Positions 1-10,106 of a stretch of DNA of 64,000 nt are shown one piece after another (the stretch's first letter is position 1; each line of letters opens with the position of its first letter). Under the pieces are notes generated by a model, which was not told the DNA's origin, did not search any database, and saw only the letters and a list, made by a program, of their open reading frames with translations. A program made the translations under genes and the position numbers. The stretch lies in IMG/VR virus record IMGVR_UViG_3300030397_000361, positions 25 to 64,024 of that record; one strand, written 5' to 3'. This DNA comes from a virus.

Positions 1-1043
1 ACCAAATCGCCAAGGTCTGACCACTGGTCATCATCGTGCCAAAATACGTGATGATACCTGTTGGCGAACGTTAGTTCGATAGATTGGTATGGCTGGTTGG
101 CGATGGCGTTCAGCCGACTGGCAAACTGTTGCCCCTCGGTTTCTGAGGCCAATACCACGCGCCGAAAGTCCACCTCAGTTGGCTCGGCATCTGCGCTTGG
201 TACGTATTGACTCGCCAACAAAAACGCATCGGCCCTGTCTGCGCTGTCAACGTCACCATCTGACACGATGCCAGATAGCAGCGTCCTTACCCGCGCCTTA
301 CGCTCGATTTTGTTAAGCGTGCGTGTGCCTGGTACATCGCCGGTCGTTATGGTCATCGTTGTGGCTGGTATCGCCCTGGTTGCGGATTGCTCAATGTTAA
401 TGTTTCGCGTGATATTGAGCCGGTTTGACGGCCTAAAACTGGCTTCATATAGCCGACTATTGGCAAAAGCCCGAATGCCATCGAGGATATTGCCCCGGCT
501 GAATAGCTCATTTGCCACCCGTTTTTGGTTGTCATCCCACGGCATATGGATGTCCATCACTTCAAATAACGTACTATGACCATCAACGCTCAGGTATATG
601 CCGCCACTGGCCGTCATCACAGCCGGTCGCGCCTCAAGCCAATTGCTTGGTGACGATTTGCCGGTGATGGATTGCGCGAACGTGAACCTTGGTGGCACAG
701 GATCGAGCGACAATTCAACGCTCGGCGCTCCGTCCTGACCAGACAAATGGCGCTCACGCGAGCCGGTCACAAATGCAAAATAGATCACATTGGTATCGTT
801 TTCGGTTTTGACGCTGATGTTGTCAGATGTACCGCCGAAATAGTCCTCCTGCGTGATTATGACAAGAGATTCGTTCTTTACGCTTGTCCAGTCGATAGCG
901 TTGGATGCGCTGCTGAATGAATCGTCAGGTGCGGTAATCGTGACTGTTGACCGTGGCGCAGTGTTGTTTCGGCTTAGTGCCGGTCGCCGCCAATCAAACT
1001 CTTTGATGTGGACATCAGTGGCGCTTGTGTCCTCAAAAACAAA
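1..1043 (-). CDS. Tail protein, 3' segment (partial; open to the left window edge; continues ORF 974..1807 across a frameshift)
   Basis: Manual translation gives a stop-free frame (FEDTSATDVHIKEFDW...FGTMMTSGQTLAIW) from about 1043 to base 1. It has no ATG/GTG/TTG for about 90 codons after the upstream stop. It is missing from the ORF track. Confidence 0.65.
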
Positions 1044-1807
1044 GCCCGGTGGGCTGTGGTGATACCGCCTTCGCTGTCCTCAACTTTGACGTGCAAATAG
1101 CCCCGCCCCGCCTGTTGAGGCGTGACGCGAATCGAGCCGGGTACTGGTGTGGCAATGGTCGCCAGTGACGAGGGGGAGCAGGTTGCAGTGTAGGTCAATA
1201 CCGCGCTTGCATCTGGGTTGACGACCTCGGTATCTGCGGTGAATTGCGTAAACGTTGCCGCTGGTATCGCACCGCGATAGACAAACGCGCCAAGGTTCAG
1301 ACGGCAATGCGGTCTGAGTTGATGCGTTTCGTCGTAGGCAACGCCCGCGCCGGTCGGACTCGGCGGGCCTGACTGGTAAAACACGATGTTGCTTGGATCG
1401 GAGTAGTCAGCATAGGCGAGCTTAGGCCATATTGGATACAGATTCCACAGCGTTATGTTATCCCCATTACTCGCCTGATAATCGTCGGCATAGTCCAGCG
1501 TGATTGACGAGCCGCTGAATGTGCCACTAGCCAGGATGCAAACCCGGCGCGATACGTCATCGCCTTTGGCGCTTGAGCCAATCGTCACATAGCAATGTTG
1601 GTGGACATCGGCGGCGCTAAATCCAGTCTCATAGGAGCCGGATACGGTGTATATCTGCTGCCCTCTGGTTGGGCTGGCATCGCTAATCGTGCCTTGCCAC
1701 ATTACGATCTGAGAATCATCGTTGAACAGATACAGGCGGCGGGTGTAGCTATAGCCCGCGTTTTTATTGCGTAATGTGGTTAGATCGCCTGCGGAGATTG
1801 CTGTCAT
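974..1807 (-). CDS. Tail protein (hub/baseplate-region), 5' segment
   Basis: 277 aa ORF, two genes downstream of the tape measure; beta-rich composition. Confidence 0.6.
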   Translation of the reverse strand: MTAISAGDLTTLRNKNAGYSYTRRLYLFNDDSQIVMWQGTISDASPTRGQQIYTVSGSYETGFSAADVHQHCYVTIGSSAKGDDVSRRVCILASGTFSGSSITLDYADDYQASNGDNITLWNLYPIWPKLAYADYSDPSNIVFYQSGPPSPTGAGVAYDETHQLRPHCRLNLGAFVYRGAIPAATFTQFTADTEVVNPDASAVLTYTATCSPSSLATIATPVPGSIRVTPQQAGRGYLHVKVEDSEGGITTAHRALFLRTQAPLMSTSKSLIGGDRH

Positions 1808-2236
1808 TTAGAAACTCGCAGGATCATTTTCAGTTGACAAGTTATTTATAACCAAGGTGATTGCATTCATTACAAGACCCTTGCTCCCACCTACGGGAGC
1901 AACATTGCTATCTATGAACGCTTTGCCTGACACGTCGATCCAGTCATCTATGTTAATTGCGCTCCAGCCCCGGTTGACTGTGGCGTAAACGTCCCCAAGA
2001 TCGGCGATTTCGTTGATTCTGATTGCTTGGTAGACTGTTGGTTCAACCCAAGTTAGCCTAACGCTGGCAATCCCTCGCTTGGTAGCCCCGCCATCCGAGA
2101 GAGAGATCAGGTCTGAATAAGCCCTATACAAAGGTGTGGTTGGCGGTGGAAGCTCCCAGGCCGGTTGCAGCCATCCCACCGTTAGACCCGCCAAAGAAGA
2201 AGATATTCTGATCTTGCAGACTTGCGATACGCTCAT
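1808..2236 (-). CDS. Putative distal tail protein
   Basis: Position immediately after the tape measure with an overlapping start/stop; 142 aa. Confidence 0.5.
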   Translation of the reverse strand: MSVSQVCKIRISSSLAGLTVGWLQPAWELPPPTTPLYRAYSDLISLSDGGATKRGIASVRLTWVEPTVYQAIRINEIADLGDVYATVNRGWSAINIDDWIDVSGKAFIDSNVAPVGGSKGLVMNAITLVINNLSTENDPASF

Positions 2237-4893
2237 CGTAAAAATACCCTTTGCATTGCGCGTTCGGCCATTTTCTCGAAGATAGCCATCACTTCGGGAT
2301 CGTTGATCATGTTCGGTGTTAGCCCCGCATTGAGGGTGTTGTTGTTGGTCACACTGCGATTGACGCCACCTGCCCCAAGGCCGCCTATCGGACTAAACAT
2401 ATCGCTTCGCGGAATGACCGTTCCGCTAACTGACGGTGTAAAAAGCCGCTCGTCGGGAAGGAATCCTTCGCCCGTTTGCACCAGGGCAGTTTGCCCCGCG
2501 CCAATCGCACCGCCTTGATGTAGTACGGGTATTCCGCCCCCCACCGTGCTTTGTCCTGACTGGTTTACCCGTTGCCTTGCTGCGTTTGCCGCCGCTCTGC
2601 GCCTCGCGTTCTCCTCAACAATGCGGGTGCGCTCTGCCTCCTCTGCCGCAACCTTGGCGGTTTTGGCTTCCTCAGCCGCCGCTATAGCGGCAAACTCGGC
2701 CTTAAGTGAGTCTTGCAGGGCTTCTTGCTTGCGTTGGAATTGAGTCTCCAGATCGGCGATCTCTTGAGCGTTCCGCGTTAATCTGTCTTCGGCCTTCTGT
2801 GCCTCAACTCTGGCTTGCTCTTCCAGGTCACGTTGATTTGCAATCCTTTGCTCTTCCAGCTCTCGTGCCAAGCGCATTTGCAGGTCTTCGAGTTTTTGCC
2901 GATTGGCTATTCGAGCATCCTCAACCTCGGCCCGTAACTGGACTTTTAGCTCTTCGCGTTGCTGTTGAGCGGTGATCCGCGTTTCTTCAAGCTGGTTATC
3001 CCTTGTCGCTTCAGCGTCAGTTATTTGATTGTCACGGGTTCGTTTGGCGCGTGCGAACGCTTGAGCGTCAACGTTAATCGCCGCCTCAGTTGCGGATTGC
3101 TCGAACGACCGTCTAATTCCGTCAAGCCTTTGCCTGAAATCACGCTCGATGGATAGCTTTTGGTTGGCTTCGTCTGTGGCTATCTTGGTCTGTTGTCTGG
3201 CCCCATCACGCGCTATCTTCTGCTCTTCGCGTGACAAATCCTTGATCTCATCTTCGACAGATTCAAGGTTTTTCCGGTTGATGTCAGCGACGGCTTCGGC
3301 ATTGGCCTGGGCGATCTTTTCCCTAGCTCGGGCATTGTCCAAAAGCTCTTTGGTCAAGCGTCTTTCTTGCTTGATCTGCAAGTCAAGATCGGCATCTTCG
3401 CGGGCCTTGTTCGCTTTTTCCGTGGCTTCCTCGACCCGCTCCTCCGCACTAGCCGCTTCATCCAAGGTTTTGGTCAGCTCCTCTTCGGCGGCTTTGCGCT
3501 CCAGGGCGGCATTTATAGCATCTTCGTCTACTTCGACTTGCTGCTTGGCGCGTTCTGACCGGGTTTCGGTTGTCTCTGCGCTTTTGGCTTGGGCTTCGTC
3601 GAACTCCTCAAAGGCTTCAAGGGACTCTCGGAGCGATTGCTCGTAAGCTTTTTGCCCTTCAGCAGCGGCCCGCACCTTTAGTTCCTCGTCAGCAAAAAGA
3701 CGACCTACGGCCCGCAGTGCCGTTTGATTCACTAATGGGCCATCGGTGTTAACCTCGCCAACAAAGCTTTCGAGATTATCTTCGAGAGCTTTGTTCTCGG
3801 CCAAGACCTGTGCCCGTTGCGCTCTGGAAATAGCCGCTATCCTGGCCGCTGTTCTCCCTGCTTCACCCAGCTTTTCCAGCAGGGTGGTTGCACCATCAAT
3901 AAGGGAGTTAAACGCATTAGGCGCATCTATCAAATCGAGCAAAAGCCCCGCCGTGTTGAATACATCAATAAATCTGTCGGCAAACTCCTGAACGCCGTCC
4001 GTGTCCACGTCCTCGATGAAATCAATAATGCCCGAACCAACCAAATCAACCGCCGCTGCTGCCATATCCCCCAAGGCAAGCGCCGCTTCGGTGATGTCGC
4101 CTTTGTTGTTCTCGAAGGCTGACAATACATCGCCCAATGTTTCTTTTAGTTGCTCGAAGATCGGACTACCCAACACGGCTTGCAAGTTGGAAAACTCAGA
4201 TCGGATGGTTTTCAGGTCTGCATCAAGCGTATCCGTTAGCCTGACCTTGCCCAAACGCTCAAATTCTCTGCCAAGCTCTTGAGCCAAAGCTTTGTCCAGG
4301 CCGATTTCTTGGCCTAGCTCCTTGATGCGCTCGACAGTCTCGCGTGATAGGTCAAAGCGATCCCGAATCGAGACAAAATCGCCTGACAGGGCTTCCCGAA
4401 TGGAGAACTCAAGGTCATCAACGGTGGTTCCTGTGGCGCTGGCTTGAACGGCGGTAAGTTCTAGCAGCTTTTGAAAGGTTTCGAGGTCACTGGTGCGGGG
4501 CAATATGCGCTGGCCAAAGCCGATAGCCTCATCCTGAGCGATCTTCAAGGCGTCGGCTGTATCTCTGAGGAATTGAACCGTCTGCTTGCCCAGGTTCGGA
4601 TCATTGAAGACATTGCCGAAAACCCGTTCGGCTTGCTCGAACGTTTTGTTCATCTCAACGCCGCGCTCGGCTATCCCCTTTAGTTCAGCGGTGGCCCGTG
4701 CCCCCAATTCGATGATTTTTTCGGTCAGGGCACCGACAATCCCCGCCGTGACACCCATCTGAAGCCCAAGTCCCTTAGCCCCTTGCGTGGCTCCGCCAAA
4801 GGCTTTGCCACCATCGTCTTTTAGTCGTTTTAGTTGTGTGCGAAAGGTCTTTCCGTCTATCTTCGCCTGAAAGACCATCGTTCTAGTGGTCAT
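2233..4893 (-). CDS. Tape measure protein
   Basis: 886 aa, Ala/Glu/Gln/Arg-rich helical/coiled-coil; TMP-like N-terminal region; position in the tail module. Confidence 0.88.
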   Translation of the reverse strand: MTTRTMVFQAKIDGKTFRTQLKRLKDDGGKAFGGATQGAKGLGLQMGVTAGIVGALTEKIIELGARATAELKGIAERGVEMNKTFEQAERVFGNVFNDPNLGKQTVQFLRDTADALKIAQDEAIGFGQRILPRTSDLETFQKLLELTAVQASATGTTVDDLEFSIREALSGDFVSIRDRFDLSRETVERIKELGQEIGLDKALAQELGREFERLGKVRLTDTLDADLKTIRSEFSNLQAVLGSPIFEQLKETLGDVLSAFENNKGDITEAALALGDMAAAAVDLVGSGIIDFIEDVDTDGVQEFADRFIDVFNTAGLLLDLIDAPNAFNSLIDGATTLLEKLGEAGRTAARIAAISRAQRAQVLAENKALEDNLESFVGEVNTDGPLVNQTALRAVGRLFADEELKVRAAAEGQKAYEQSLRESLEAFEEFDEAQAKSAETTETRSERAKQQVEVDEDAINAALERKAAEEELTKTLDEAASAEERVEEATEKANKAREDADLDLQIKQERRLTKELLDNARAREKIAQANAEAVADINRKNLESVEDEIKDLSREEQKIARDGARQQTKIATDEANQKLSIERDFRQRLDGIRRSFEQSATEAAINVDAQAFARAKRTRDNQITDAEATRDNQLEETRITAQQQREELKVQLRAEVEDARIANRQKLEDLQMRLARELEEQRIANQRDLEEQARVEAQKAEDRLTRNAQEIADLETQFQRKQEALQDSLKAEFAAIAAAEEAKTAKVAAEEAERTRIVEENARRRAAANAARQRVNQSGQSTVGGGIPVLHQGGAIGAGQTALVQTGEGFLPDERLFTPSVSGTVIPRSDMFSPIGGLGAGGVNRSVTNNNTLNAGLTPNMINDPEVMAIFEKMAERAMQRVFLR

Positions 4894-5012
4894 CTACAAC
4901 CCCAATGCCTTAACCCACTTGTCAAAGCGTCAATGGACTTTTGTATCTTCGTTTGATTGCTCATGCTACGCTTCCAACCACAGCCAAAGATCGAGCGTGG
5001 ACACCCCCACCT

Positions 5013-5360
5013 TTAGGCGGTATGTAGTTTATTCAATAAATCCGCTACCTGTGACATAATGCGGTGATACTCTTGAAATCGGTCGAAAATATCCTCTTGC
5101 TCTTCAGCGGTCAATTCCGCGTCATCGTCAATGCTATCAACAATCTGGGCCTGTTGGCGCTGTGCCTCCCTGCCAATGGCTGTCAGCAAAGAACGGTTAA
5201 ACGCTTCTCTACTGCGTGCTTCGTAGGCCAGAGCGGCGTATCTGGCAAAGGCATCCATTTGCGCTGTTTTTACGTTTGCCTGCCAGTATTCCAAACGCTT
5301 CATTTCATAGGCATAAAGCAGAATGGATAATTTCCAGAAACGAGGCTCAACTGGTCGCAC
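5013..5360 (-). CDS. Hypothetical tail-module protein
   Basis: Probable GTG start at 5360 with GGGGG SD, overlapping the upstream stop; ORF track begins at 5426. Confidence 0.5.
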   Translation of the reverse strand: MRPVEPRFWKLSILLYAYEMKRLEYWQANVKTAQMDAFARYAALAYEARSREAFNRSLLTAIGREAQRQQAQIVDSIDDDAELTAEEQEDIFDRFQEYHRIMSQVADLLNKLHTA

Positions 5361-5796
5361 GTTCCCCCGCTTCAGCAACCGCTTCCAATACTTTTGGATA
5401 CTCCGCGTCTTGTATCCGATCAACATCGCCCGTTGGTCTAAAGCCAGGGTGATTGACTGGATTTCTGGTGAACACTGTTTTGCTTCCGATAGGGAATACC
5501 AAAAGCCCGTGCGGTTTTGTTGCTCTGATTTGATGCGGCTGAGTGCCAGTCATATGCACCCAGGGGTACAATGGCTTTTCTCGGTCAACGGCAAATATCG
5601 TTGAAGTTGCGCCGCCTAAGTCTTGCTCGTGATCGGTGTCAAATGTCGGCCTATTTCCCGCTGACCAATCGGCAACCGTGGGCGGAAAAGCTTGCAAGGC
5701 AACGCGATTTGTTTCGCGTCTTAGGGTTTCGCTAGATACGTCTAACCACTCCCGATATATGGCTTTGTCGTCGATGTTCTTTTTAAGCGTGAGCAA
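5347..5796 (-). CDS. Hypothetical tail-module protein (possible assembly chaperone)
   Basis: TTG start with GGGAG SD, coupled to the upstream gene; lies between tail tube and TMP. Confidence 0.5.
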   Translation of the reverse strand: MLTLKKNIDDKAIYREWLDVSSETLRRETNRVALQAFPPTVADWSAGNRPTFDTDHEQDLGGATSTIFAVDREKPLYPWVHMTGTQPHQIRATKPHGLLVFPIGSKTVFTRNPVNHPGFRPTGDVDRIQDAEYPKVLEAVAEAGERATS

Positions 5797-6502
5797 GCCG
5801 CTTCTCCCGTTCCATTTCTTTCCGATGATCTTCTGAAATTAGCGCCTGTGTTGCGTTTGGCATTAACTGAGAGAGCATCATGCAGCCGATCTCGAATTTA
5901 GATCGGCTTAAAAACTGCTCTGACGTTTCGCCTAGCTTGACTATCAAATCCCAAGTCATTTGAGGAATCCAGGCGTATGATATGTCTGATCCTTCCAGGT
6001 TTTGAAAGGCATCAAAAAGCGATACTTCCTTTTTCTTGCCTTGCCAAAGTTCGTCAGCAAGCTTTTTGAGATAGTCAGCATCGGGCAAGTCGGGTGTCAC
6101 TGCTGTGTGCACAGCGTCCCAATCTTGCCAGGTTTCTATCAAACTCCTGTCATCTTCCGCAACGCAATGCTCAAGGATGTATTGCTCTATCTGCCGAAAG
6201 TAGGCAGACAGGGCTTCGGCTTGATCCTGATAATGGGCAATGCCATTTTGCCAGCGAAGATGTTCTTGCCACTGATACCACTCTCTGGTTTTTTCTTCGC
6301 ACTCTTCTAGCGGTTTATCGGGCTTTGGCCGAACAGTCGTTATGTCGAAAACCTGTTCGTATATTTGGCCGCTGGCAAATAAAATTGTAACGCGATAGTG
6401 CCCCGGTATCTGGCTCCGGGGCACGTTGTATTCAAGCTCAAATAAAGCAAGGCTTTCGACTTGAATGATCTTTCCACTTGTCAGCGTTACATCAACTAGC
6501 AT
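5783..6502 (-). CDS. Putative tail assembly chaperone
   Basis: 239 aa acidic helical protein directly after the major tail protein; called on position only. Confidence 0.45.
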   Translation of the reverse strand: MLVDVTLTSGKIIQVESLALFELEYNVPRSQIPGHYRVTILFASGQIYEQVFDITTVRPKPDKPLEECEEKTREWYQWQEHLRWQNGIAHYQDQAEALSAYFRQIEQYILEHCVAEDDRSLIETWQDWDAVHTAVTPDLPDADYLKKLADELWQGKKKEVSLFDAFQNLEGSDISYAWIPQMTWDLIVKLGETSEQFLSRSKFEIGCMMLSQLMPNATQALISEDHRKEMEREKRLAHA

Positions 6503-8022
6503 CAGGCAGTAGCAAAATACTTGTGAATGATCCCCGTAGTGCCATCATCATCGCCGACAATCCAGGCTTTGTTGTCATTAATCGAGCTAAAGTAAGCGTC
6601 GTTATATCCGCTGTTGGTCAGGTTAGTCACTTCGTCGAAGTAATCACCATCATAAGTGCGCCAAACGTCACCTTCATTGCCCGAGGTATCACTGACCACA
6701 AGGTCAACGATATGCCCATCGCCAGCCAAGATTCGATTGCCGTGGGCCTTCATGCGCCGGACAACGTGATTGGTCCCGAAATCCTTTTTCTGTGTCCACT
6801 GGTTGGCTAGAGTTGGGCTTGGGTTTCTGGACAAAAACACCTTGTCCCCGTTCCCAAGCCAAATACCTTCACGAGTTACTTGAATAGCAGTCGAAGGGCT
6901 TGAGCCAGTCGGACCCGTTAGCGATGCACTCAAGGTTTTGCCGGTGGCATTGCCTTTGAGCAGCGTATTAGATGCGCCGCAACCGTACACGATGCCGTTC
7001 TCATCGACCGTTAGCTGATTAATCTGGTTCCCGCTGTAGGCTTCGGTCGGGAATGATACGCCTGCGTCTTCGCTCAAGAAAACCTTGCCGTTATCATCAG
7101 CAACGTACAGCCTTGTTAGCCTGTGCCAAAAAATAGCGGTGACAACATCGCCATTGTTGCTGCCAACGTTTACCGTTGTCCAGCTTGTCGTGCCTTCATC
7201 GCCAAGCGTAATCACCGCTCTGGCAATCTCACCTGGGTTGCTGACATCGGTCGTTATGCGGCTGGCAATGAGTACAAACTGCGTGGCGTTCAGGCGATGA
7301 ACGGCTAAATAACTGATATGCTCATCGGTGCCGAATGGGTCAGCCGAAACATTAGCCCAAGTGTCGCCGCCATCGGTGGTGTATTGTATTTTTGCCGTAG
7401 CAGATGATCCAGCGTCAAAGGCCATGTAGCCGATCTTGTCAGGACCAGGGTAGCCATTGCCACACTCTGCCCAAGAAATATCTTCGCTCAAAAACACGAC
7501 GCTGTTTATATCCGTGGTCAGGGCTGTTGTTGCCTGAGTCAGTGATGACTTATGCACCCAGGCGAAGCGGGGCGAAACGTAAGGAACGCTATGGTCAAGC
7601 GCCGCATTGGTGAACGTTTTATCCACATCTGATACAGACGCATCGCCTGCTGTGGGCTTTGACCAGTGCATAACCCAATCGGGATCAGACGGAACATCCA
7701 GGCTGTTGCAGCCGCTTCGCCGTAATTGAATGTAGGGAAGCGAGCCTATGTGGTGCGCCTCATCTACGGCATCAAAGGCCGCATTCAGATACTTATCAAT
7801 AGTGATCGTGGCGTTACCAGGCGTTCCTGTTTCCTCATCCAAGGCAATCGCCCGCCCATTTTCATCTTGACCGTACACAACGGTTAAGTCTCCGTCGCCG
7901 GGAACATTTAGACCGCTGAATCCAGCCTCGTGCAGTTGAAATGGTTGGGCTTGCTCAAAGTCGCCATCAATAGGCAACCATATCACAAGCTCGTTTGCTT
8001 TTGCTCTTGTTACCGGCATCAC
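6502..8022 (-). CDS. Major tail protein with C-terminal Asp-box beta-propeller
   Basis: N-terminal tail-tube-like region; Asp-box-like motifs YTTDGGDTW, FLSEDAGVSF, WRTYDGDYF; follows the neck genes. Confidence 0.6.
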   Translation of the reverse strand: MMPVTRAKANELVIWLPIDGDFEQAQPFQLHEAGFSGLNVPGDGDLTVVYGQDENGRAIALDEETGTPGNATITIDKYLNAAFDAVDEAHHIGSLPYIQLRRSGCNSLDVPSDPDWVMHWSKPTAGDASVSDVDKTFTNAALDHSVPYVSPRFAWVHKSSLTQATTALTTDINSVVFLSEDISWAECGNGYPGPDKIGYMAFDAGSSATAKIQYTTDGGDTWANVSADPFGTDEHISYLAVHRLNATQFVLIASRITTDVSNPGEIARAVITLGDEGTTSWTTVNVGSNNGDVVTAIFWHRLTRLYVADDNGKVFLSEDAGVSFPTEAYSGNQINQLTVDENGIVYGCGASNTLLKGNATGKTLSASLTGPTGSSPSTAIQVTREGIWLGNGDKVFLSRNPSPTLANQWTQKKDFGTNHVVRRMKAHGNRILAGDGHIVDLVVSDTSGNEGDVWRTYDGDYFDEVTNLTNSGYNDAYFSSINDNKAWIVGDDDGTTGIIHKYFATA

Positions 8023-8336
8023 GCACCTGCCTTGGCGGGTTCAATATCTTCCCGCAAATCTGTAATGTAATAAGCGACTGCTTCAGGGCTGGTGCCAAAC
8101 TTCCCCGGATGAGGAACGGGCTTGCCATCATCGCCAACGATTTTATGCTTTTTGCCGTCGTCGTCGGTTGTCTCCAGCGGTTTTCCCTTTTCATCCACCT
8201 GAAGCAGAACGCCATCAATGGGTTTCCCTGCCTTGTGCTGACTGATTAGCCAGAGCATCGCCGGGAACCCTTGGCGCTCAAGTGCTGCTGCGTTCTGTAG
8301 CAACCCTTTTTCAAAAACTGGTTTTTCTTCGGTCAT
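8019..8336 (-). CDS. Hypothetical protein
   Basis: 105 aa ORF coupled to its neighbours. Confidence 0.6.
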   Translation of the reverse strand: MTEEKPVFEKGLLQNAAALERQGFPAMLWLISQHKAGKPIDGVLLQVDEKGKPLETTDDDGKKHKIVGDDGKPVPHPGKFGTSPEAVAYYITDLREDIEPAKAGA

Positions 8337-8346
8337 AATTTAATCC

Positions 8347-8838
8347 TTAGCAATTCTCTGCTAAATCGGTTTCCACGGAAAAGCGCAATTCACATCCGTG
8401 ATGCCACAACTGCGAGCGCAACGGATAATTAATGAGTTGGTAGCCTGACAGATCAAAGGCATCTTCCCCGCCTGAAATTTCAATTTTTACTGGCTGCTTC
8501 TGTAATACTCTCAGCCCTTTTATTTCATAGCTGGTGTCTGTGGTGTAATGCCGAAACAGATCATCCATAACCTGATGAATTTTCAGCATTGTGTCCCCAT
8601 AAAACCCCTGCTCGACTGGCAGATACAACAGCCTGCAAACCACTCTCATTGAGAGATAATTTGCGCCAGGTCGCCCAAAAGTTACCCCCTCGCTGCTTGT
8701 AAGCATTATCGGGTGCAGCAAGTCGGCCATCGGCGGATAATCATTCAGGCACGGCGCTTTTATGTCGTAGGTGGACACAACGCTCTTGTTGAACTCCTGA
8801 ACAATGTCGATGACCGCTACAATATGGGCATCGCTCAC
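8347..8838 (-). CDS. Putative tail terminator / completion protein
   Basis: 163 aa, position between the head-tail adaptor and tail tube. Confidence 0.5.
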   Translation of the reverse strand: MSDAHIVAVIDIVQEFNKSVVSTYDIKAPCLNDYPPMADLLHPIMLTSSEGVTFGRPGANYLSMRVVCRLLYLPVEQGFYGDTMLKIHQVMDDLFRHYTTDTSYEIKGLRVLQKQPVKIEISGGEDAFDLSGYQLINYPLRSQLWHHGCELRFSVETDLAENC

Positions 8839-9782
8839 AGTTCCATCCTTCGATAAACACCGATCAAGCTTCTAACCTCTTCGGGGAGTTGATTGGGCAT
8901 TAACACAACGCCAGTTGGCGAAGCTAAGGCTCTGTCGGCCTCACTGCCTACGCTGACCGGCCTACGCCAAGCGTAGGTGACAAAGACCTTCATTGCGTGA
9001 ACGATCTCGGGCATCGGGCGGTAAACGTAGATTTCTGTTGTCGCCGCCTGTTCAACAGCGGTTGTGCCATTGACACCCCTGATTAATTCAATCGTGTTGG
9101 CAGACGAATTAACGCTGATAACAAAGGCCATTTCTGCGCTAGTTGTGGTGCCAAACCGAATCAATTGAAACTTCTGAAACCGCGCCGAAAGGTTTAATGC
9201 GTCTTGTCCATCAGCGTTAGCCACGCTGCAACTTGTTCCAGACACAGCCAGGGTGCTTTGTACGGCATCAACCTCTTCCCAAGCATTGCTATACTGATCG
9301 TGATACCCCCACAAGCCATCTGCTTGATTGGCCTTTTGCGGTGTCCCCGAGAAGGTGAACACCTCGGCGCTGTCAAGGGTTAGCCTGATGCGGTTGTATG
9401 GCGCAAGGTTGTGATTGTCACCGCTTTGCAACAAAATGTTGCCTGACGTGACCGTTGTTGATCCGTTTTGGGTCTTGAGCGTGTCAAGGGCAAGCAGGTC
9501 TTCATCCAGACACAAAACCTTGTCTTGTCCGTAGACCAGGCGCGTATGCTGCTGGTCTACGGACGATATAGCTCCCCCACGGTCGGGATGGTCGTAATAG
9601 CGCGTTTCGTAAGCCGGATAAAAGCGTCGATGACAGTGAGCATCAAAGCGGCGTGAAGCCTCGACACAAAAGCGAGCTATGCGCTCGTCGTAGCGTATAT
9701 TTGTGCCACTTTGCGCCCCGTGTGTATCAGTGAGATACTCTTTGATCTCGTAGGGCGTAGCGTAAACGCCATAATTAGCCAT
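8835..9782 (-). CDS. Head-tail adaptor/connector
   Basis: YATPYEIKEYL ... ASRRFDAHCHRRF ... ETRYYD and C-terminal PEEVRSLIGVYRR resemble gp6/gp15-type connectors. Confidence 0.7.
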   Translation of the reverse strand: MANYGVYATPYEIKEYLTDTHGAQSGTNIRYDERIARFCVEASRRFDAHCHRRFYPAYETRYYDHPDRGGAISSVDQQHTRLVYGQDKVLCLDEDLLALDTLKTQNGSTTVTSGNILLQSGDNHNLAPYNRIRLTLDSAEVFTFSGTPQKANQADGLWGYHDQYSNAWEEVDAVQSTLAVSGTSCSVANADGQDALNLSARFQKFQLIRFGTTTSAEMAFVISVNSSANTIELIRGVNGTTAVEQAATTEIYVYRPMPEIVHAMKVFVTYAWRRPVSVGSEADRALASPTGVVLMPNQLPEEVRSLIGVYRRMEL

Positions 9783-10098
9783 TCACGAGAGCCTTTACAT
9801 CGCCAAGTGTGATACGTCCGCCTGCACCAGTTCCCGCGACATCTTTCAGATCAATGTCGTTCTCACTGGCAAACGCCAGAGCGGAGTCGGTCGCGTTGAC
9901 CTCTTCGGCCTCGACCTCTTCTTGTGGGTCCGGCTTGGACACATCAACCTTTTCGGCTAGTTTGCTGTCCACAAGTGATTGAGCGTACCAATCAGGATAA
10001 TCAACCTCATCATCCGCCGAGAGCGTTTGCGCTTTCTGGAATCCAGGCTTTGCTTTGAAATCGGCATAAGGCCCATCAACAAGGATTTTAACCAGCAT
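9775..10098 (-). CDS. Small head-region protein with E3-binding (PSBD)-like domain
   Basis: C-terminal ATDSALAFASENDIDLKDVAGTGAGGRITLGDV matches the peripheral subunit-binding motif (GIDLxxVxGTGxGGRITxxDV). Confidence 0.75.
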   Translation of the reverse strand: MLVKILVDGPYADFKAKPGFQKAQTLSADDEVDYPDWYAQSLVDSKLAEKVDVSKPDPQEEVEAEEVNATDSALAFASENDIDLKDVAGTGAGGRITLGDVKALVNG

Positions 10099-10106
10099 TT
10101 AGTCTC

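Noticed and set aside
4894-5012. Stop-codon recoding (a protein-like frame with in-frame TAG and TGA before the TMP)
   Set aside because: Two different stop types occur in a short stretch, and all major genes read intact with the standard code
5347-6502. Classical -1 tail-chaperone frameshift
   Set aside because: Both overlapping downstream ORFs are in the +1 frame and have their own SD and start; no canonical slippery heptamer in the needed frame
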